DNA of 40,000 bases from Clostridia bacterium. GTDB taxonomy: Bacteria; Bacillota; Clostridia; Christensenellales; UBA1242. Below, piece by piece: positions 18,213 through 29,590 of this stretch. The translations under genes and the position numbers were made by a program. A model generated the notes under the pieces. The model did no database searches. It was not told the origin of the DNA and worked only from the letters and a program-made list of their open reading frames with translations. The stretch's first letter is position 1. Every line of letters starts with the position of its first letter. The stretch lies in the NCBI GenBank assembly GCA_045657465.1, contig JAZOTD010000036.1, positions 11,372 through 51,371 of the forward strand. The letters are read 5' to 3'.

Positions 18213-19391
18213 TTATTTCTCGTCTTTTGCTTTTTTAGTTTTATTTTTTTCTGGTTTTGCATCTTCTGTTAATTTTTTGATATAACATGTTTTCTTTCTA
18301 ATAAGTTCTCTTTCAAACATTTCAAGAGAGCTGATAGCTCCTGTGTTTGTCTCTAACTGAACACCAGTTACACCAGTTTTAACGTTTGGCATTTGACACA
18401 CTCTATCAAAAAGCTTTTTGATGATAAATGCAGTAACTCCCAACTTTTGATATTCTTTTCTTACTGAAATGATTCCAAGTTCAATTTCTTCAGGTTTTCT
18501 AAGTGCTTTGAGCCAATGAATAAACCCAAATGGAAGTGCTCTTCCTTTAGATTTTCTCATTGCTTCTGCAAGTGATGGCCATGTTAAACCAAAACCAATA
18601 AGTTTGTCTTTTTTATCAAAAACCAAGCAAAGATATTTCTTTTTCAAAATAAGCTTAAACATTGATATAACTTGTTTTCTAAGTTCATCATTCATAGGCA
18701 TTGTGCCATAAAGTTCAGCAAATGACTCGTCCATCAAATCAAAGAAGTCGTCACCATGTTTTTTGATAAGCCCATTAAGAGTTTTGAACTCTTCCTCATG
18801 AAAACCATAGCGATTTTCAACAATATTTGCTATTCTGTCAACACGTGCATCCATCTTTTGTGGAAAATTAAATCTCCATTCAACCCATTTTGCATCTGGT
18901 GTGTAGCCACAGTTTTCAATATAAGTTTGATAATATGGATAGTTGTAGCTTGTGATATATGAACCACGGTGTTCAAAACCATAAACCATCAAACCTTCTC
19001 TTTCTAAATCATCATAACCAAGTGGACCATGAATATATTCCATACCATGTTCTCTTGCCCAGTCTTCAGCTGTTTGAAGCAATGCTTTTGCAACTTCTTC
19101 ATTTTCAATCACATCAAATCTTGAAAATCTAGCATACTTTGCATTATTTTTCTCATTGAATGGGTGCATTATAATACATGCAATTCTTCCAACAACTTTT
19201 CCATTCTCATCTTCTGCTAAGAAAAATGCTTGTTCACACTCTTTGTAGTGTGCATTTTTCTTGGTAACCATTTTATATTCATCCATTTCCATTGGTGGAA
19301 TATAATTTTTGCAATCTTTATAGAGATTGGTTGGAAATCTCACGAATCTTTTTAAATCTTTTCTTTTTGTAATTTTTCTAATAGTAAACAT
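18213..19391 (-). CDS. GNAT-superfamily-like acetyltransferase
   Basis: AEDENGKVVGRIACIIMHPFNEKNNAKYARFSRFDVIENEEVAKALLQTAEDWAREHGMEYIHGPLGYDDLEREGLMVYGFEHRGSYITSYNYPYYQTYIE; GNAT-like N-acetyltransferase organisation. Confidence 0.7.
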   Translation of the reverse strand: MFTIRKITKRKDLKRFVRFPTNLYKDCKNYIPPMEMDEYKMVTKKNAHYKECEQAFFLAEDENGKVVGRIACIIMHPFNEKNNAKYARFSRFDVIENEEVAKALLQTAEDWAREHGMEYIHGPLGYDDLEREGLMVYGFEHRGSYITSYNYPYYQTYIENCGYTPDAKWVEWRFNFPQKMDARVDRIANIVENRYGFHEEEFKTLNGLIKKHGDDFFDLMDESFAELYGTMPMNDELRKQVISMFKLILKKKYLCLVFDKKDKLIGFGLTWPSLAEAMRKSKGRALPFGFIHWLKALRKPEEIELGIISVRKEYQKLGVTAFIIKKLFDRVCQMPNVKTGVTGVQLETNTGAISSLEMFERELIRKKTCYIKKLTEDAKPEKNKTKKAKDEK

Positions 19392-19540
19392 AACTTTCTC
19401 CTGCCTACATTATACTCCATTGCAAATTAATATACAATAAAACTAAAAAAGTTTGCAAATATTTTTGTATAGGTCAAAGTCAGTCAATATTTTTAAATAT
19501 CATTTTCATATTGCCAATTTGTTATTCATAAAATTTAATT

Positions 19541-21082
19541 ATGAATAGAATTTTTAAAGCAATGTTTTGCGTTACATTTTTTTCTGTTTGCACACGAGCT
19601 ATGGGGTTTTTGTTGAAAATTTATCTATCACGAGAGCTTGGAAGCACCCTTCTCGGCAGTTATCAAGTTGCCATGAGCATATTTGGTGTGTTGATGACAC
19701 TTGTTTCAAGTGGAATCCCTGTGGTTTTATCTCGCAATGTTTCTTATTTTTCAGGACAAAAAGATAAAAAAGCTATTGGTTCTCTGGTTTCGTCAGGGTT
19801 GATTTTAACAGGAATCATATGCTTTGTCGTTTCGTTAATTATTTTATTTTGCCCTAATCTCATGAATGCAATTTTTACATCAAACGCATCAACTGAAATG
19901 CTTCTTATATTACTCCCTGCACTAATCTCTAGCGCAATTTATGAAGTGATACGCGGTGCACTTTGGGGAGAAAAAGAATTTTTTGAAATCAGTTTTTCTG
20001 AATTTTTAGAACAAGTTGTTCGAATTGTTATTTTGGTTGTTTTCTTTAAAACAACGTTTTTAAATATGTCTCTAACAAACAAAACAGCTCTATCACTTTC
20101 GCTCGCCTGCATTCTCTCAACTTTGCACGTTTTAATTATATATTTCAAAAAAGGTGGAAAACTCTATAGTCCAAGAGCACAATTTAGATCTCTACTAAAA
20201 ACAAGCACTCCTATCACCGCAGTTAAAACAGCATCTTCAATTGTTTCATCAATCATAGCAATAATCATTCCGTTACGATTAATGAAATTTGGATATTCTT
20301 CAAACGAAGCTCTTTCAGAATTTGGAATCATCATGGGCATGACATTTCCTTTAATTATGATTCCATCCACGCTAATCGGTTCTCTTGCGGTAACCCTCAT
20401 TCCTTCAATAAGCGAACAATCAAACGATATTGACAGCGGAAACCTAAAAGACACATCAGCTCTCAAATCAAAAATAAACTTCGCACTGAAAATCACTATT
20501 CTCTTTTCAACGATCTTACTTTCAACATTCGTTGCATTAGGCATTCCGCTATGTGAATTTATTTATAAAAACTCAACCGCCGGAACCTATCTTTGTTTTT
20601 CTGCACTTGCAATGCTTCCACTAGGCATATCTCAAATCACATCATCTATTTTAAATGCTGTCGGTCTTGAAATGAAATCTCTCAAAAACTATGCCATTTC
20701 TGCGGGGCTTCTCATAATAAGCATCTACTTCTTGCCAGCGTATATCGGCACATATTCCTTAATTGTTGGATACTTGTTAATGTCTATTACAGCATCTATA
20801 TTAAATCTTCGTATGCTTTCAAAACGAAACCTAGTGAGCCTAAACTTTTCAAAAACAATTTTCTCAATGCTTGCAATAGCCATGTTGTCAACACTTCTCA
20901 CATCTTCAGTCTATCACTTATTTGACAGCTTCAGTTTGATTGTTTCACTCATACTTGGTGTTTTAACCAGTCTGTCTTCAACCGCAGTTTTAATTTATGT
21001 CTTTAACATTGCCAACGTAAAGGTTCTTATATTTAGAAACTTTAAGAAAAAATCTAAAGTATGTTCTCTACAGAAATCTTAA
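19541..21082 (+). CDS. SpoVB/MurJ-like polysaccharide biosynthesis flippase (MOP superfamily)
   Basis: RAMGFLLKIYLSRELGSTLLGSYQVAMSIFGVLMTLVSSGIPVVLSRNVS; about 14 hydrophobic segments. Confidence 0.85.
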   Translation: MNRIFKAMFCVTFFSVCTRAMGFLLKIYLSRELGSTLLGSYQVAMSIFGVLMTLVSSGIPVVLSRNVSYFSGQKDKKAIGSLVSSGLILTGIICFVVSLIILFCPNLMNAIFTSNASTEMLLILLPALISSAIYEVIRGALWGEKEFFEISFSEFLEQVVRIVILVVFFKTTFLNMSLTNKTALSLSLACILSTLHVLIIYFKKGGKLYSPRAQFRSLLKTSTPITAVKTASSIVSSIIAIIIPLRLMKFGYSSNEALSEFGIIMGMTFPLIMIPSTLIGSLAVTLIPSISEQSNDIDSGNLKDTSALKSKINFALKITILFSTILLSTFVALGIPLCEFIYKNSTAGTYLCFSALAMLPLGISQITSSILNAVGLEMKSLKNYAISAGLLIISIYFLPAYIGTYSLIVGYLLMSITASILNLRMLSKRNLVSLNFSKTIFSMLAIAMLSTLLTSSVYHLFDSFSLIVSLILGVLTSLSSTAVLIYVFNIANVKVLIFRNFKKKSKVCSLQKS

Positions 21083-21449
21083 AATCGTCTAAATAATGTG
21101 CAACATAATCAATTGCTGAAGCACACTCCGCATATGCTTCAGTATAATCATTCTGTTCAACATAAACCGCAATGCGCGCAAAAGTAATTTCAACATCTTT
21201 GACACCGCTGTGCCAAATTAAACACTTAAGCACTTTTAACTTATCAGTCCATTCTTCATGCAATGCATAACTTTTTTCTATTAATTCTTCAGTGTCAATC
21301 TTGTCTTTATTTTCTGCGAGTTCAATTTGCAACGACTCAAGTGAATTAATAAGCCACTTTAATGAACTTTGAGTGTATCTTGTTTCAAAAATTCCACCAA
21401 CCACCAATACAACAGCTATGCATAATATAACAACCCAACGTCTCACCAA
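21054..21449 (-). CDS. DUF4363-like small membrane-anchored protein
   Basis: 131 aa, N-terminal TM segment, helical remainder; immediately downstream of DUF421 gene as commonly seen in clostridia. Confidence 0.65.
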   Translation of the reverse strand: MVRRWVVILCIAVVLVVGGIFETRYTQSSLKWLINSLESLQIELAENKDKIDTEELIEKSYALHEEWTDKLKVLKCLIWHSGVKDVEITFARIAVYVEQNDYTEAYAECASAIDYVAHYLDDFKISVENIL

Positions 21450-22165
21450 TTTCCATCTCCTTTATAATCAGTTTGAAACGAAAGACACACAGTGGCCCCT
21501 TTGTCTTGAATAAACACCTCACCATTAGAGTCTAATGTTAAAATCAAAACTTCTTTTTCATTTTTTATCTGTGAACGCTCAACGCAGTCATAAACAAACT
21601 GGTTGTCAACACCAGCAATCAACATATTCTCTTTCATTAACTTTCCGTCCATAACCAAATTGATTGGTAAAGAGTTTTGACTGACTTTGACTTTTAAGTC
21701 ATCTCGTGTAGCTTGCTCCGCTTCTGCTTTTTTAATTACACTTAAATTTCCGTTCGTTTCAATAATTGCATACAAGACTTCAGATAGATTAAACACACTG
21801 CAACCCCTAACAAGCTCCATTAAATCATCAAGTGTCATGTTTAATGCTTTTAGTTGATTATAATCAATACCCTTTGGGCTCATAACAATCACGGGCTTGC
21901 CAGTGAGCAAATATCTAAGCCCCATAAACTTTCTAGACAAAAAACATATTAAAAAATGAACAATCAACAGCGTCAAGATTGGCACAACACCATGCAACAA
22001 CGGAACAGACAATTCCGCCATTGGAATACACGCTAAATCAGCAATTATAAGTGTAACCACAAATTCGAATGGTTGCATTTCACCAATTTGCCTTTTACCC
22101 ATCAGTCTAATAACAGCAAAACAGCAAACATAAATAATAACAGATCTTAAAAGCATTATAACCAT
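21443..22165 (-). CDS. DUF421 (YetF/YdfS-like) membrane protein
   Basis: RLMGKRQIGEMQPFEFVVTLIIADLACIPM, LTGKPVIVMSPKGIDYNQLKALNMTLDDLMELVRGCSVFNLSEVLYAIIETNGNLSV. Confidence 0.9.
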   Translation of the reverse strand: MVIMLLRSVIIYVCCFAVIRLMGKRQIGEMQPFEFVVTLIIADLACIPMAELSVPLLHGVVPILTLLIVHFLICFLSRKFMGLRYLLTGKPVIVMSPKGIDYNQLKALNMTLDDLMELVRGCSVFNLSEVLYAIIETNGNLSVIKKAEAEQATRDDLKVKVSQNSLPINLVMDGKLMKENMLIAGVDNQFVYDCVERSQIKNEKEVLILTLDSNGEVFIQDKGATVCLSFQTDYKGDGNW

Positions 22166-22191
22166 ATATTAATTATGATTTTTTTGCAAAA

Positions 22192-22223
22192 AAAAATACA
22201 TACCACATGGTATGTATTTTTTA
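22192..22223 (-). terminator. Hairpin between the 22228 and 21443 genes, probable terminator
   Basis: AAAAAATACATACCACATGGTATGTATTTTTT palindrome. Confidence 0.7.
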
Positions 22224-22227
22224 TAAC

Positions 22228-23235
22228 CTAAATATTTTTTACAACTTTGTAATGTATGCTAATATCAGCATTTGTGTCGCCTTTTTGATAGAAAATTCTC
22301 ATTGTATCTGCACCAGTAAGATCTTTTGTGTAAAGTGAATTGCTAGCTACCATTTCATCACACACATGAACAAATACTTCTGTTAAAAAGTCATCATTGA
22401 ATGTAAGTTTAAGCAAAATCACTTGCTCACTTGTTTCGATATTTTCATTTTGTTTGAAGATAACAACATTTCCGTCTTTACGTGATGCATTAACATATTT
22501 AAGTTCAACTTGACTGCTTTGTATTCTTCTATAAAAATCAGACTTCATTTCATAATGTGTGAATGTGCTGATTGTTTTGCTTTTTTCAAGACCAGTTGAT
22601 TCATCAATTTCGATTTTTGTTTGTTTGTAAGCCACACTGCCGTTTTTGTTATAATCAGCTTTGATTGCAAGTGTGTTTGACTTGCTTCCAAGTCTAACTG
22701 TTAATGTGTCACCAACAATCTTGTAATTATAAGATTTGTCATAACTTCCGTCGTGCATCAAATAGCTTCCGCCATCATCTTTGTAATAATAATCACATTC
22801 GCCATTTGATCTTATATAAACCATTTGATTTGAAGACTTGCTATCAAATGTTGAAACTATAGGGGTTCCACCAACAACAATCTTTTCTGTTTCACTAACA
22901 TAATACATTCCAGCTTCGATAACATCATAATCAACTTCAATCACTTGTGATTTATAAGTGATTTTCATTGTTCCATGAGTTTTTAATGATGTTGAAAAGT
23001 TAGAAATTTTAACATTTTTGTTATCTAAATCAATCATTTTGATGTTGCCATTTTTATAAGTAACCTTAATTTTAGCATCTTCAAAATCAATATCTTGACC
23101 TGCAACATACAATGTTTGCATAGTTCCTTCAATCTTTGCACTTGCAATGCTCTTTGAATTAAATATTAAAAAACCAAGACCCACAATACCCGCAATTAAA
23201 ACGACCGACAAAATAATCATTATAATCTTTTTCAT
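22228..23235 (-). CDS. Exported/membrane-anchored protein with N-terminal bacterial Ig-like domain
   Basis: MKKIIMIILSVVLIAGIVGLGFLIF anchor; GTMQTLYVAGQDIDFEDAKIKVTYKNGNIKMIDL...VKISNFSTSLKTHGTMKITYKSQVIEVDY resembles Big_3-type Ig repeat. Confidence 0.6.
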   Translation of the reverse strand: MKKIIMIILSVVLIAGIVGLGFLIFNSKSIASAKIEGTMQTLYVAGQDIDFEDAKIKVTYKNGNIKMIDLDNKNVKISNFSTSLKTHGTMKITYKSQVIEVDYDVIEAGMYYVSETEKIVVGGTPIVSTFDSKSSNQMVYIRSNGECDYYYKDDGGSYLMHDGSYDKSYNYKIVGDTLTVRLGSKSNTLAIKADYNKNGSVAYKQTKIEIDESTGLEKSKTISTFTHYEMKSDFYRRIQSSQVELKYVNASRKDGNVVIFKQNENIETSEQVILLKLTFNDDFLTEVFVHVCDEMVASNSLYTKDLTGADTMRIFYQKGDTNADISIHYKVVKNI

Positions 23236-23304
23236 ATGTGTCTCCTTTGTTTAATTAGTTATATTATAAGAACATTATAACATAGATAATTCAATATTTC
23301 AAGA

Positions 23305-26106
23305 CTAATTTAAAACATTTTTGAGTGCTTGACCAGTGTAAGACTGTGAAACTCTTGCAACTTGCTCTGGAGTTCCTTGAGCAACAATAGTTCCACCTCG
23401 GTCACCACCTTCAGGCCCAATATCAATTATATGGTCTGCAACCTTGATAAAATCAAGATTGTGTTCAATTACAACCACACTGTTGCCTGTTGAAACAAGT
23501 CTTTGAAGAATTGCTATCAACTTTTCAACGTCATAAGTGTGTAAACCAGTTGTTGGCTCATCTAAAATATATAATGTTTTGCCAGTTGCTCTCTTCGAAA
23601 GTTCTGTTGCAAGCTTAACTCTCTGTGCTTCACCACCTGAAAGCGTTGTTGCTGACTGGCCAAGAGTGATATATCCCAAACCAACATCATAAAGCGTTTG
23701 CAATTTATTTTTAATAGATGGCAAGTTATAGAAGAATTGCAAGGCATCTTCAACTGTCATGTTAAGCACGTCATTAATAGTCTTGCCCTTATATTTGATT
23801 TCAAGCGTGTTTTTGTTATAGCGTTTACCTTTACATTCATCACAAGTAACATAAACATCTGGCAAGAAATGCATTTCAATCTTAAGCACCCCATCACCAC
23901 CACAGGCTTCACATCTTCCACCTTTTACATTGAAACTAAATCTTCCAGCAGTGTAACCTTTTGCTTTAGATTCAGGCACAGACGCAAAAAGCTCACGTAT
24001 TGCAGAAAACACACCTGTGTATGTAACTGGATTGCTTCGTGGAGTTCTTCCTATTGGACTTTGATCAATAACAACAACCTTATCAATATGTTCAATGCCT
24101 TTAATGTCTTTATAAATACCTTCTGGCAAATTAGAACCATTTATTCTGTTTGCAACTGCAGGATAAAGCACTTCATTAATCAAACTTGACTTTCCACTAC
24201 CTGAAACACCAGTAACAGCAACCAAATTTCCAAGTGGGATTTTCACATTGATATTTTTCAAATTATTCTGCTTAGCCCCGATAATTTCAAGTATTCTGTC
24301 AGACATAGCTCTACGATTTTCAGGTACTTTTATGCCACGTCTTCCCGATAAATATGCACCAGTTATAGAATTTTCAACCTGTGCAATTTCTGCTGGTGTT
24401 CCTGCTGCTATGATTCGACCACCATGCACCCCTGCCATTGGTCCAACATCTACAATATAGTCAGCTGACCTAATTGTGTCTTCATCATGCTCAACAACCA
24501 AAACACTATTACCTAAATCTCTCAAATGTTTCAAAGTTCCAATAAGCTTGTTTGTGTCTCTTGGGTGCAAACCAATACTTGGTTCATCTAATATATACAA
24601 AACACCCATAAGCCCACTTCCAATTTGAGTTGCAAGTCTAATTCTTTGAGCTTCACCACCAGACAATGTGTACGCAGTTCTTGAAAGAGTGAGATATTCA
24701 AGCCCAACATTAAGCAAAAATTGAAGTCTGGCTTTAATTTCCTTAAAAATCCCTGCTGAAATTGCCCTTTCTTTTTCCGTCAAATTCAACTCTTCAATCC
24801 ACTTAAGCATTGATGTTACATTCATCTCAGTCACGTCAATAATAGATTTTCCTGCGATTTTAACTGACAAAGCCTGTTTATTTAAACGCTTTCCATAGCA
24901 ACTTTGGCAAGGTTTTGTAACCATATATTTTTCAATTTCATTTTTCACAAAATCACTTTGTGCATTTTCATGTCGGCGATATAAGTTTGGAATAATTCCT
25001 TCATATCTGCCAGCAAAAACATTACCGTTTGCAGTCACCATCTTCAATTTTTCGCCATTAGTTCCATAAAATAGTTCATGCAAAGCTTCTTTTGGATAAT
25101 CTTTAAGCGGAGTTGTCATATTGATGTTATATTTATCAATCACCCCTCTAAAAAACATATTTCCAAAACCATAATCACCCCAGCCAAACACTGAAACAGC
25201 CCCTTCTAAAAGCGACAAATTCCAATCTTTGACAAGCAATGACTCTTCAATAATCATCTTTGAACCAATACCCAAACATTCTGGGCATGCACCTATTGGA
25301 GTGTTAAAACTAAAGAGTCTTGAAGAAATCTCATTAAATGAAAACCCACAATTTGGACAACTGTGCTTTGTTGAGTATAAAAACTCACTTCCGTTTGTGT
25401 CCACAATAACCACACCATCGGCAAGTTTAACTGCGGTTTCAATGCTTTCTGCTAGTCTTGTTTCAATGCCATCTTTGCGAATAAGTCGATCAATAACCAC
25501 TGAAATATCATGTTTTTTCTTTTTATCAAGCACAATTTCATCATCAATGCTATAAATTGTGCCATCAACCTTGAGCCTGATATAACCTTTCTTTCTAAAT
25601 TCTTCAAAAAGCTCTCTATATTCTCCTGTTTTTCTGCGAATAACAGGCGCAATAACCATAATCTTTGAACCATCTTCACAAGCCATAACTTTGTTAACAA
25701 TGTTATCAATTGATGAAGAATTGATTGGAATGTTGCAATTTACACAATATGGAACACCAATATTTGCAAACAAAAGCCTTAAATAATCATAAATTTCAGT
25801 AACAGTGCCCACTGTTGACCTTGGGTTTGATGATGTTGTCTTTTGATCAATTGCAATTGCTGGAGAAAGCCCGTCAATCTCATCAACATCAGGTTTTTTC
25901 ATTTGCCCCATAAATTGCCTAGCATAAGAAGACAAAGATTCCATATATCTTCTTTGTCCTTCAGCAAAAATCGTATCAAATGCCAAACTAGACTTTCCGC
26001 TACCTGAAAGTCCTGTGAGCACAACCAATTTGTTTCGTGGAATGTCAAGATTGATGTTTTTTAGGTTGTTTTCTCTTGCACCAACAATTCTAATAAAATT
26101 ATCCAT
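23305..26106 (-). CDS. uvrA: Excinuclease ABC subunit A
   Basis: [55 protein letters not shown]; CxxC zinc modules; two ABC signatures LSGGEAQR. Confidence 0.99.
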   Translation of the reverse strand: MDNFIRIVGARENNLKNINLDIPRNKLVVLTGLSGSGKSSLAFDTIFAEGQRRYMESLSSYARQFMGQMKKPDVDEIDGLSPAIAIDQKTTSSNPRSTVGTVTEIYDYLRLLFANIGVPYCVNCNIPINSSSIDNIVNKVMACEDGSKIMVIAPVIRRKTGEYRELFEEFRKKGYIRLKVDGTIYSIDDEIVLDKKKKHDISVVIDRLIRKDGIETRLAESIETAVKLADGVVIVDTNGSEFLYSTKHSCPNCGFSFNEISSRLFSFNTPIGACPECLGIGSKMIIEESLLVKDWNLSLLEGAVSVFGWGDYGFGNMFFRGVIDKYNINMTTPLKDYPKEALHELFYGTNGEKLKMVTANGNVFAGRYEGIIPNLYRRHENAQSDFVKNEIEKYMVTKPCQSCYGKRLNKQALSVKIAGKSIIDVTEMNVTSMLKWIEELNLTEKERAISAGIFKEIKARLQFLLNVGLEYLTLSRTAYTLSGGEAQRIRLATQIGSGLMGVLYILDEPSIGLHPRDTNKLIGTLKHLRDLGNSVLVVEHDEDTIRSADYIVDVGPMAGVHGGRIIAAGTPAEIAQVENSITGAYLSGRRGIKVPENRRAMSDRILEIIGAKQNNLKNINVKIPLGNLVAVTGVSGSGKSSLINEVLYPAVANRINGSNLPEGIYKDIKGIEHIDKVVVIDQSPIGRTPRSNPVTYTGVFSAIRELFASVPESKAKGYTAGRFSFNVKGGRCEACGGDGVLKIEMHFLPDVYVTCDECKGKRYNKNTLEIKYKGKTINDVLNMTVEDALQFFYNLPSIKNKLQTLYDVGLGYITLGQSATTLSGGEAQRVKLATELSKRATGKTLYILDEPTTGLHTYDVEKLIAILQRLVSTGNSVVVIEHNLDFIKVADHIIDIGPEGGDRGGTIVAQGTPEQVARVSQSYTGQALKNVLN

Positions 26107-26171
26107 ACATCTCCTTAAATGCCTATATTTTCAGCATTTATGCAGTATTATGTCAAACATAACACCTCTAT

Positions 26172-28217
26172 TTATCTAGATTTATGAGACTTTCTTGTTC
26201 GTTCATAAACCTTGTCTCTAACCTTTTCGATTTTCTTTGTTCTATTCACAGTTTTTCCTTCTGCTTTGGCTTTTAGCTCTTCGATTTTGTCACGAAGTTC
26301 TATTGCTTTTTCAAAGTCCAATGACTTAACAGCCACATTCATAAGTGCTGTGAGTGATTCAATTTGTCTAATGAGTTCCTCTGGCTTCATTGACGCCACA
26401 TCACTCTCTTTGTTAGTGATTTTTAGCGTATTTACAATGTCTTTTATGATTGTTTTTGGCACAATTCCATGCTCTTTGTTATACGCCTTTTGAATCTCTC
26501 TTCTTCTATTTGTTTCATCAATCGCCTTTTTTAAGCTATCCGTCATCACATCGGCATACATAACAACCCTGCCTTCTGCATTTCTTGCAGCTCTTCCTAT
26601 TGTTTGTATGAGTGCACCAGTGCTTCTTAAAAAACCTTCTTTATCCGCATCTAGTATGGCAACCAAATTAACTTCAGGAAGGTCTAAACCTTCTCTTAAG
26701 AGATTAATTCCCACCAAAACATCACTTTCGCCACTTCGAAGCTCATTTATGACGGCAATTCGATCCATTGCCTTAATTTCAGAATGCAAATATGTGGTTT
26801 TTATGCCGACTTCGCTTAAATACTTCGACAACTGCTCTGCCATTTTCTTTGTAAGCGTAGTTACCAAACATCTTCCGCCACTCTCAATTGTTTTATTCAG
26901 CTCTCCAATAAGGTCATCCACTTGATTCTTAACCGGCTTAACCACAACTTCTGGGTCTAACAGCCCTGTCGGTCTAATAATTTGTTCAACAACATTGTCT
27001 TGATGTTCCATTTCATAAACACCAGGAGTTGCTGAAACACAAATAATTTGATGATATTTCTTGTCAAACTCATCAAATGTGAGTGGTCTATTGTCATAAG
27101 CCGACTTAATTCTAAAACCATATTCAACAAGTGCGTCTTTTCTCGACCTATCTCCATTATACATTGCCCTAATCTGTGGCAATGTCATATGGCTTTCATC
27201 AACCAAGAGCAAAAAGTCATCTGGAAAATAATCCATAAGTGTGTATGGTGTTTCTCCAGGCTGTCTGCCATCAAAATATCTTGAATAGTTCTCAATTCCG
27301 CTACAATAACCTATTTCACGGAGCATTTCAATGTCATAAGATGTGCGCTGTTTCAATCTTTCAGCTTCCAATATCTTGCCTTGAGCCTGCATATCAGCCA
27401 CTTCTTTTTCCATATCTGCTTGGATTTGCGCAAGACACTCTTCCATCTTCTTTGACCCAACGGCATAGTGTGTTGCTGGATATATCGCAATATGGTCAAG
27501 TGTTGACACAACCCTTCCTGAAACGCTTTCTATTTCACAAATACGATCAATTTCATCACCAAAAAACTCAATTCTAATCGAATATTCACTGCTGTTTGAT
27601 GGAAAAACTTCAAGTGTGTCACCACGCACTCTAAACGTTCCACGAACAAAATCGATATCATTTCTTTTATATTGGTTTTCAACTAGTCTTAAAATAATAT
27701 CATCTCGTGAAATTTCCATACCTGGTCTAAGCGAAACCGCCTGTTTGTGATACTCACTAGGCTCTCCCAAACCATAAATACACGAAACCGATGCAACAAT
27801 AATAACATCTCTTCTTTCAAATAATGCACAAGTCGCAGAGTGCCTGAGCTTGTCTATTTCATCATTGATTTGAAGTTCTTTTTCAATGTATGTGTCAGAT
27901 GAAGCAATATAGGCTTCTGGCTGATAATAATCATAATAAGACACAAAATAACCAACCGAGTTGTTTGGAAAGAACTCTCTAAACTCATTGCAGAGCTGTG
28001 CAGCCAATGTTTTGTTGTGCGCAATGACAAGTGTTGGTCTTTGAACTTTTTCAATAATATTGGCCATAGTAAAAGTCTTACCGCTTCCGGTAACACCGAG
28101 TAACACCTGCGTTCTAAGTCCATCATTCAATCCTTCAACCAAACTTTCAATCGCTTGTGGTTGGTCGCCTGTAGGCTTGAATTTTGACGCAATTTCAAAT
28201 CTTTTTTCTTCTGCCAT
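26172..28217 (-). CDS. uvrB: Excinuclease ABC subunit B
   Basis: [41 protein letters not shown]-terminal UVR domain. Confidence 0.99.
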   Translation of the reverse strand: MAEEKRFEIASKFKPTGDQPQAIESLVEGLNDGLRTQVLLGVTGSGKTFTMANIIEKVQRPTLVIAHNKTLAAQLCNEFREFFPNNSVGYFVSYYDYYQPEAYIASSDTYIEKELQINDEIDKLRHSATCALFERRDVIIVASVSCIYGLGEPSEYHKQAVSLRPGMEISRDDIILRLVENQYKRNDIDFVRGTFRVRGDTLEVFPSNSSEYSIRIEFFGDEIDRICEIESVSGRVVSTLDHIAIYPATHYAVGSKKMEECLAQIQADMEKEVADMQAQGKILEAERLKQRTSYDIEMLREIGYCSGIENYSRYFDGRQPGETPYTLMDYFPDDFLLLVDESHMTLPQIRAMYNGDRSRKDALVEYGFRIKSAYDNRPLTFDEFDKKYHQIICVSATPGVYEMEHQDNVVEQIIRPTGLLDPEVVVKPVKNQVDDLIGELNKTIESGGRCLVTTLTKKMAEQLSKYLSEVGIKTTYLHSEIKAMDRIAVINELRSGESDVLVGINLLREGLDLPEVNLVAILDADKEGFLRSTGALIQTIGRAARNAEGRVVMYADVMTDSLKKAIDETNRRREIQKAYNKEHGIVPKTIIKDIVNTLKITNKESDVASMKPEELIRQIESLTALMNVAVKSLDFEKAIELRDKIEELKAKAEGKTVNRTKKIEKVRDKVYERTRKSHKSR

Positions 28218-28254
28218 ACACTTTCATTATAACCAATTTAAATTTATTTACAAT

Positions 28255-28704
28255 TTAACGTTTAAATTTGTTAAAGTAATATTCAATTCCTGCCTTTTGA
28301 TAAGGAAAAGGAATCAAATCAATAACATCTTTGCTATCAACATAAACCCTTGTGTGCCAGTCTTCAAGTGGTGTTTGTTTTGTTTCTTCTTTAAGTTTGA
28401 CAACAAATATATGTGCATATCTTTCACATCCGGTCTTTCCATCTCTCCAATTCCAAAAACAATGCACCCTAACAAGCTCTTCAGCAGATTCTATTTCATA
28501 ACCTGCTTCTTCTAAAAACTCGCGTCTAATGGCTTCTTCTGGAGTTTCACCTTCTTCAATTCCACCACCAGGCATCGAATGGTTTCTGTCTTTGTGAGTA
28601 TAGACAAGCATAAACTGCCCGTCTTTTTCAACCAATCCAAAACATACTTTTCTAAAGTCATAGGTTCTATCTTCTAATTTTTCACCAACTTCAAGAATCT
28701 CCAT
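28255..28704 (-). CDS. Nudix hydrolase
   Basis: Nudix box GGGIEEGETPEEAIRREFLEEAGYE. Confidence 0.92.
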   Translation of the reverse strand: MEILEVGEKLEDRTYDFRKVCFGLVEKDGQFMLVYTHKDRNHSMPGGGIEEGETPEEAIRREFLEEAGYEIESAEELVRVHCFWNWRDGKTGCERYAHIFVVKLKEETKQTPLEDWHTRVYVDSKDVIDLIPFPYQKAGIEYYFNKFKR

Positions 28705-28713
28705 ATTAGCTCC

Positions 28714-29346
28714 TTATCCATTTTGATTTTTGCTAAAACAAGGCTTTCCTAAAAGCAATGTTCGAAGCTTGTCAATGCCAAGGTCTTCTTTTTTGAAATT
28801 AAACCCATATCCATTAAGTTCATCAATTAGCATTGCTCTTTGCACTTCAACATCTTCAACCCCATAATAATCAGGATTGTCATAATAAAGCACCAAACCA
28901 ACATTGTCAATATCTTGAATTTGAATCATGCTTTTCATATCGTCAATTTTGTATTGATAATCTCTTTTAAATGTGTCAAAAATCAAATACCAACCTGCGC
29001 CTTCAATTTCCGCTTGAATCTGCTTAAACTCGTCCATATCACATTCAAAACGGTCTTCACCAGCACGGTCATAAGCATTAAAGTTTTCAAAACGCATAGA
29101 AACATCATATTTTCCATTCCATTTTTTGCCACCAACACCATTGCCTATTCTAAAACGCACACATGCATTTTTGATTTGATTTTCCGTCATCTTCTCAAGT
29201 TCAGCAAATTTCTTGTTGGTCCAATAAAGATCATGCGTTTCGCAATTAAACACATTAACCGCACCCACATCATCTAAAATTTTTTCATATATTTCAGGCT
29301 CTCCTTCTAAAAGCATTCCTACTTCAACAATGGTTTTTTCTTCCAT
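28714..29346 (-). CDS. Possible CYTH-like (CyaB-type) domain protein; track start 29397, better RBS (AAGGAG) at ATG 29346
   Basis: N-terminal E-rich strand, hDLYWtnk, cvRfRiGnG, KRDYQYKIDDMKSMIQIQDIDNVGLVLYYDNP pattern. Confidence 0.4.
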   Translation of the reverse strand: MEEKTIVEVGMLLEGEPEIYEKILDDVGAVNVFNCETHDLYWTNKKFAELEKMTENQIKNACVRFRIGNGVGGKKWNGKYDVSMRFENFNAYDRAGEDRFECDMDEFKQIQAEIEGAGWYLIFDTFKRDYQYKIDDMKSMIQIQDIDNVGLVLYYDNPDYYGVEDVEVQRAMLIDELNGYGFNFKKEDLGIDKLRTLLLGKPCFSKNQNG

Positions 29347-29461
29347 AACAAATCTCCTTAACACTTGTATTATAAAAAAATTGCGAAAACAACGCAAACA
29401 AAAAGCCTAGATAATATCTAGACTTTTGTATTATTATCCGTTGTATTATTTATCGGCTTAT

Positions 29462-29590
29462 ATTTTAGGTCAAAATTTGAGTGCAGTGCAAGAAATAGAA
29501 AAACTCCCAGGCAGGATTTTACTCACGTAAATGAGTGTCTGGGAGTTTTGATAATTTCAAAGCAATGTGCTTAATATTTTGACCTAAAAT
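29462..29590. repeat. 129-bp element bounded by a perfect 15-bp inverted repeat with a nested hairpin
   Basis: ATTTTAGGTCAAAAT (29462-29476) / ATTTTGACCTAAAAT (29576-29590); inner AAAACTCCCAG (29500-29510) / CTGGGAGTTTT (29539-29549). Confidence 0.7.

Noticed and set aside
21054-21082. Convergent overlap of the SpoVB-like gene and the DUF4363 gene
   Set aside because: 29-bp tail-to-tail overlap is common in compact genomes and not notable by itself.
29462-29590. Confident call of the inverted-repeat element as a transposon/MITE
   Set aside because: No target-site duplication visible (left flank TATAT, right flank TATTC not clearly matching) and no second copy seen in this window; reported only as a repeat.
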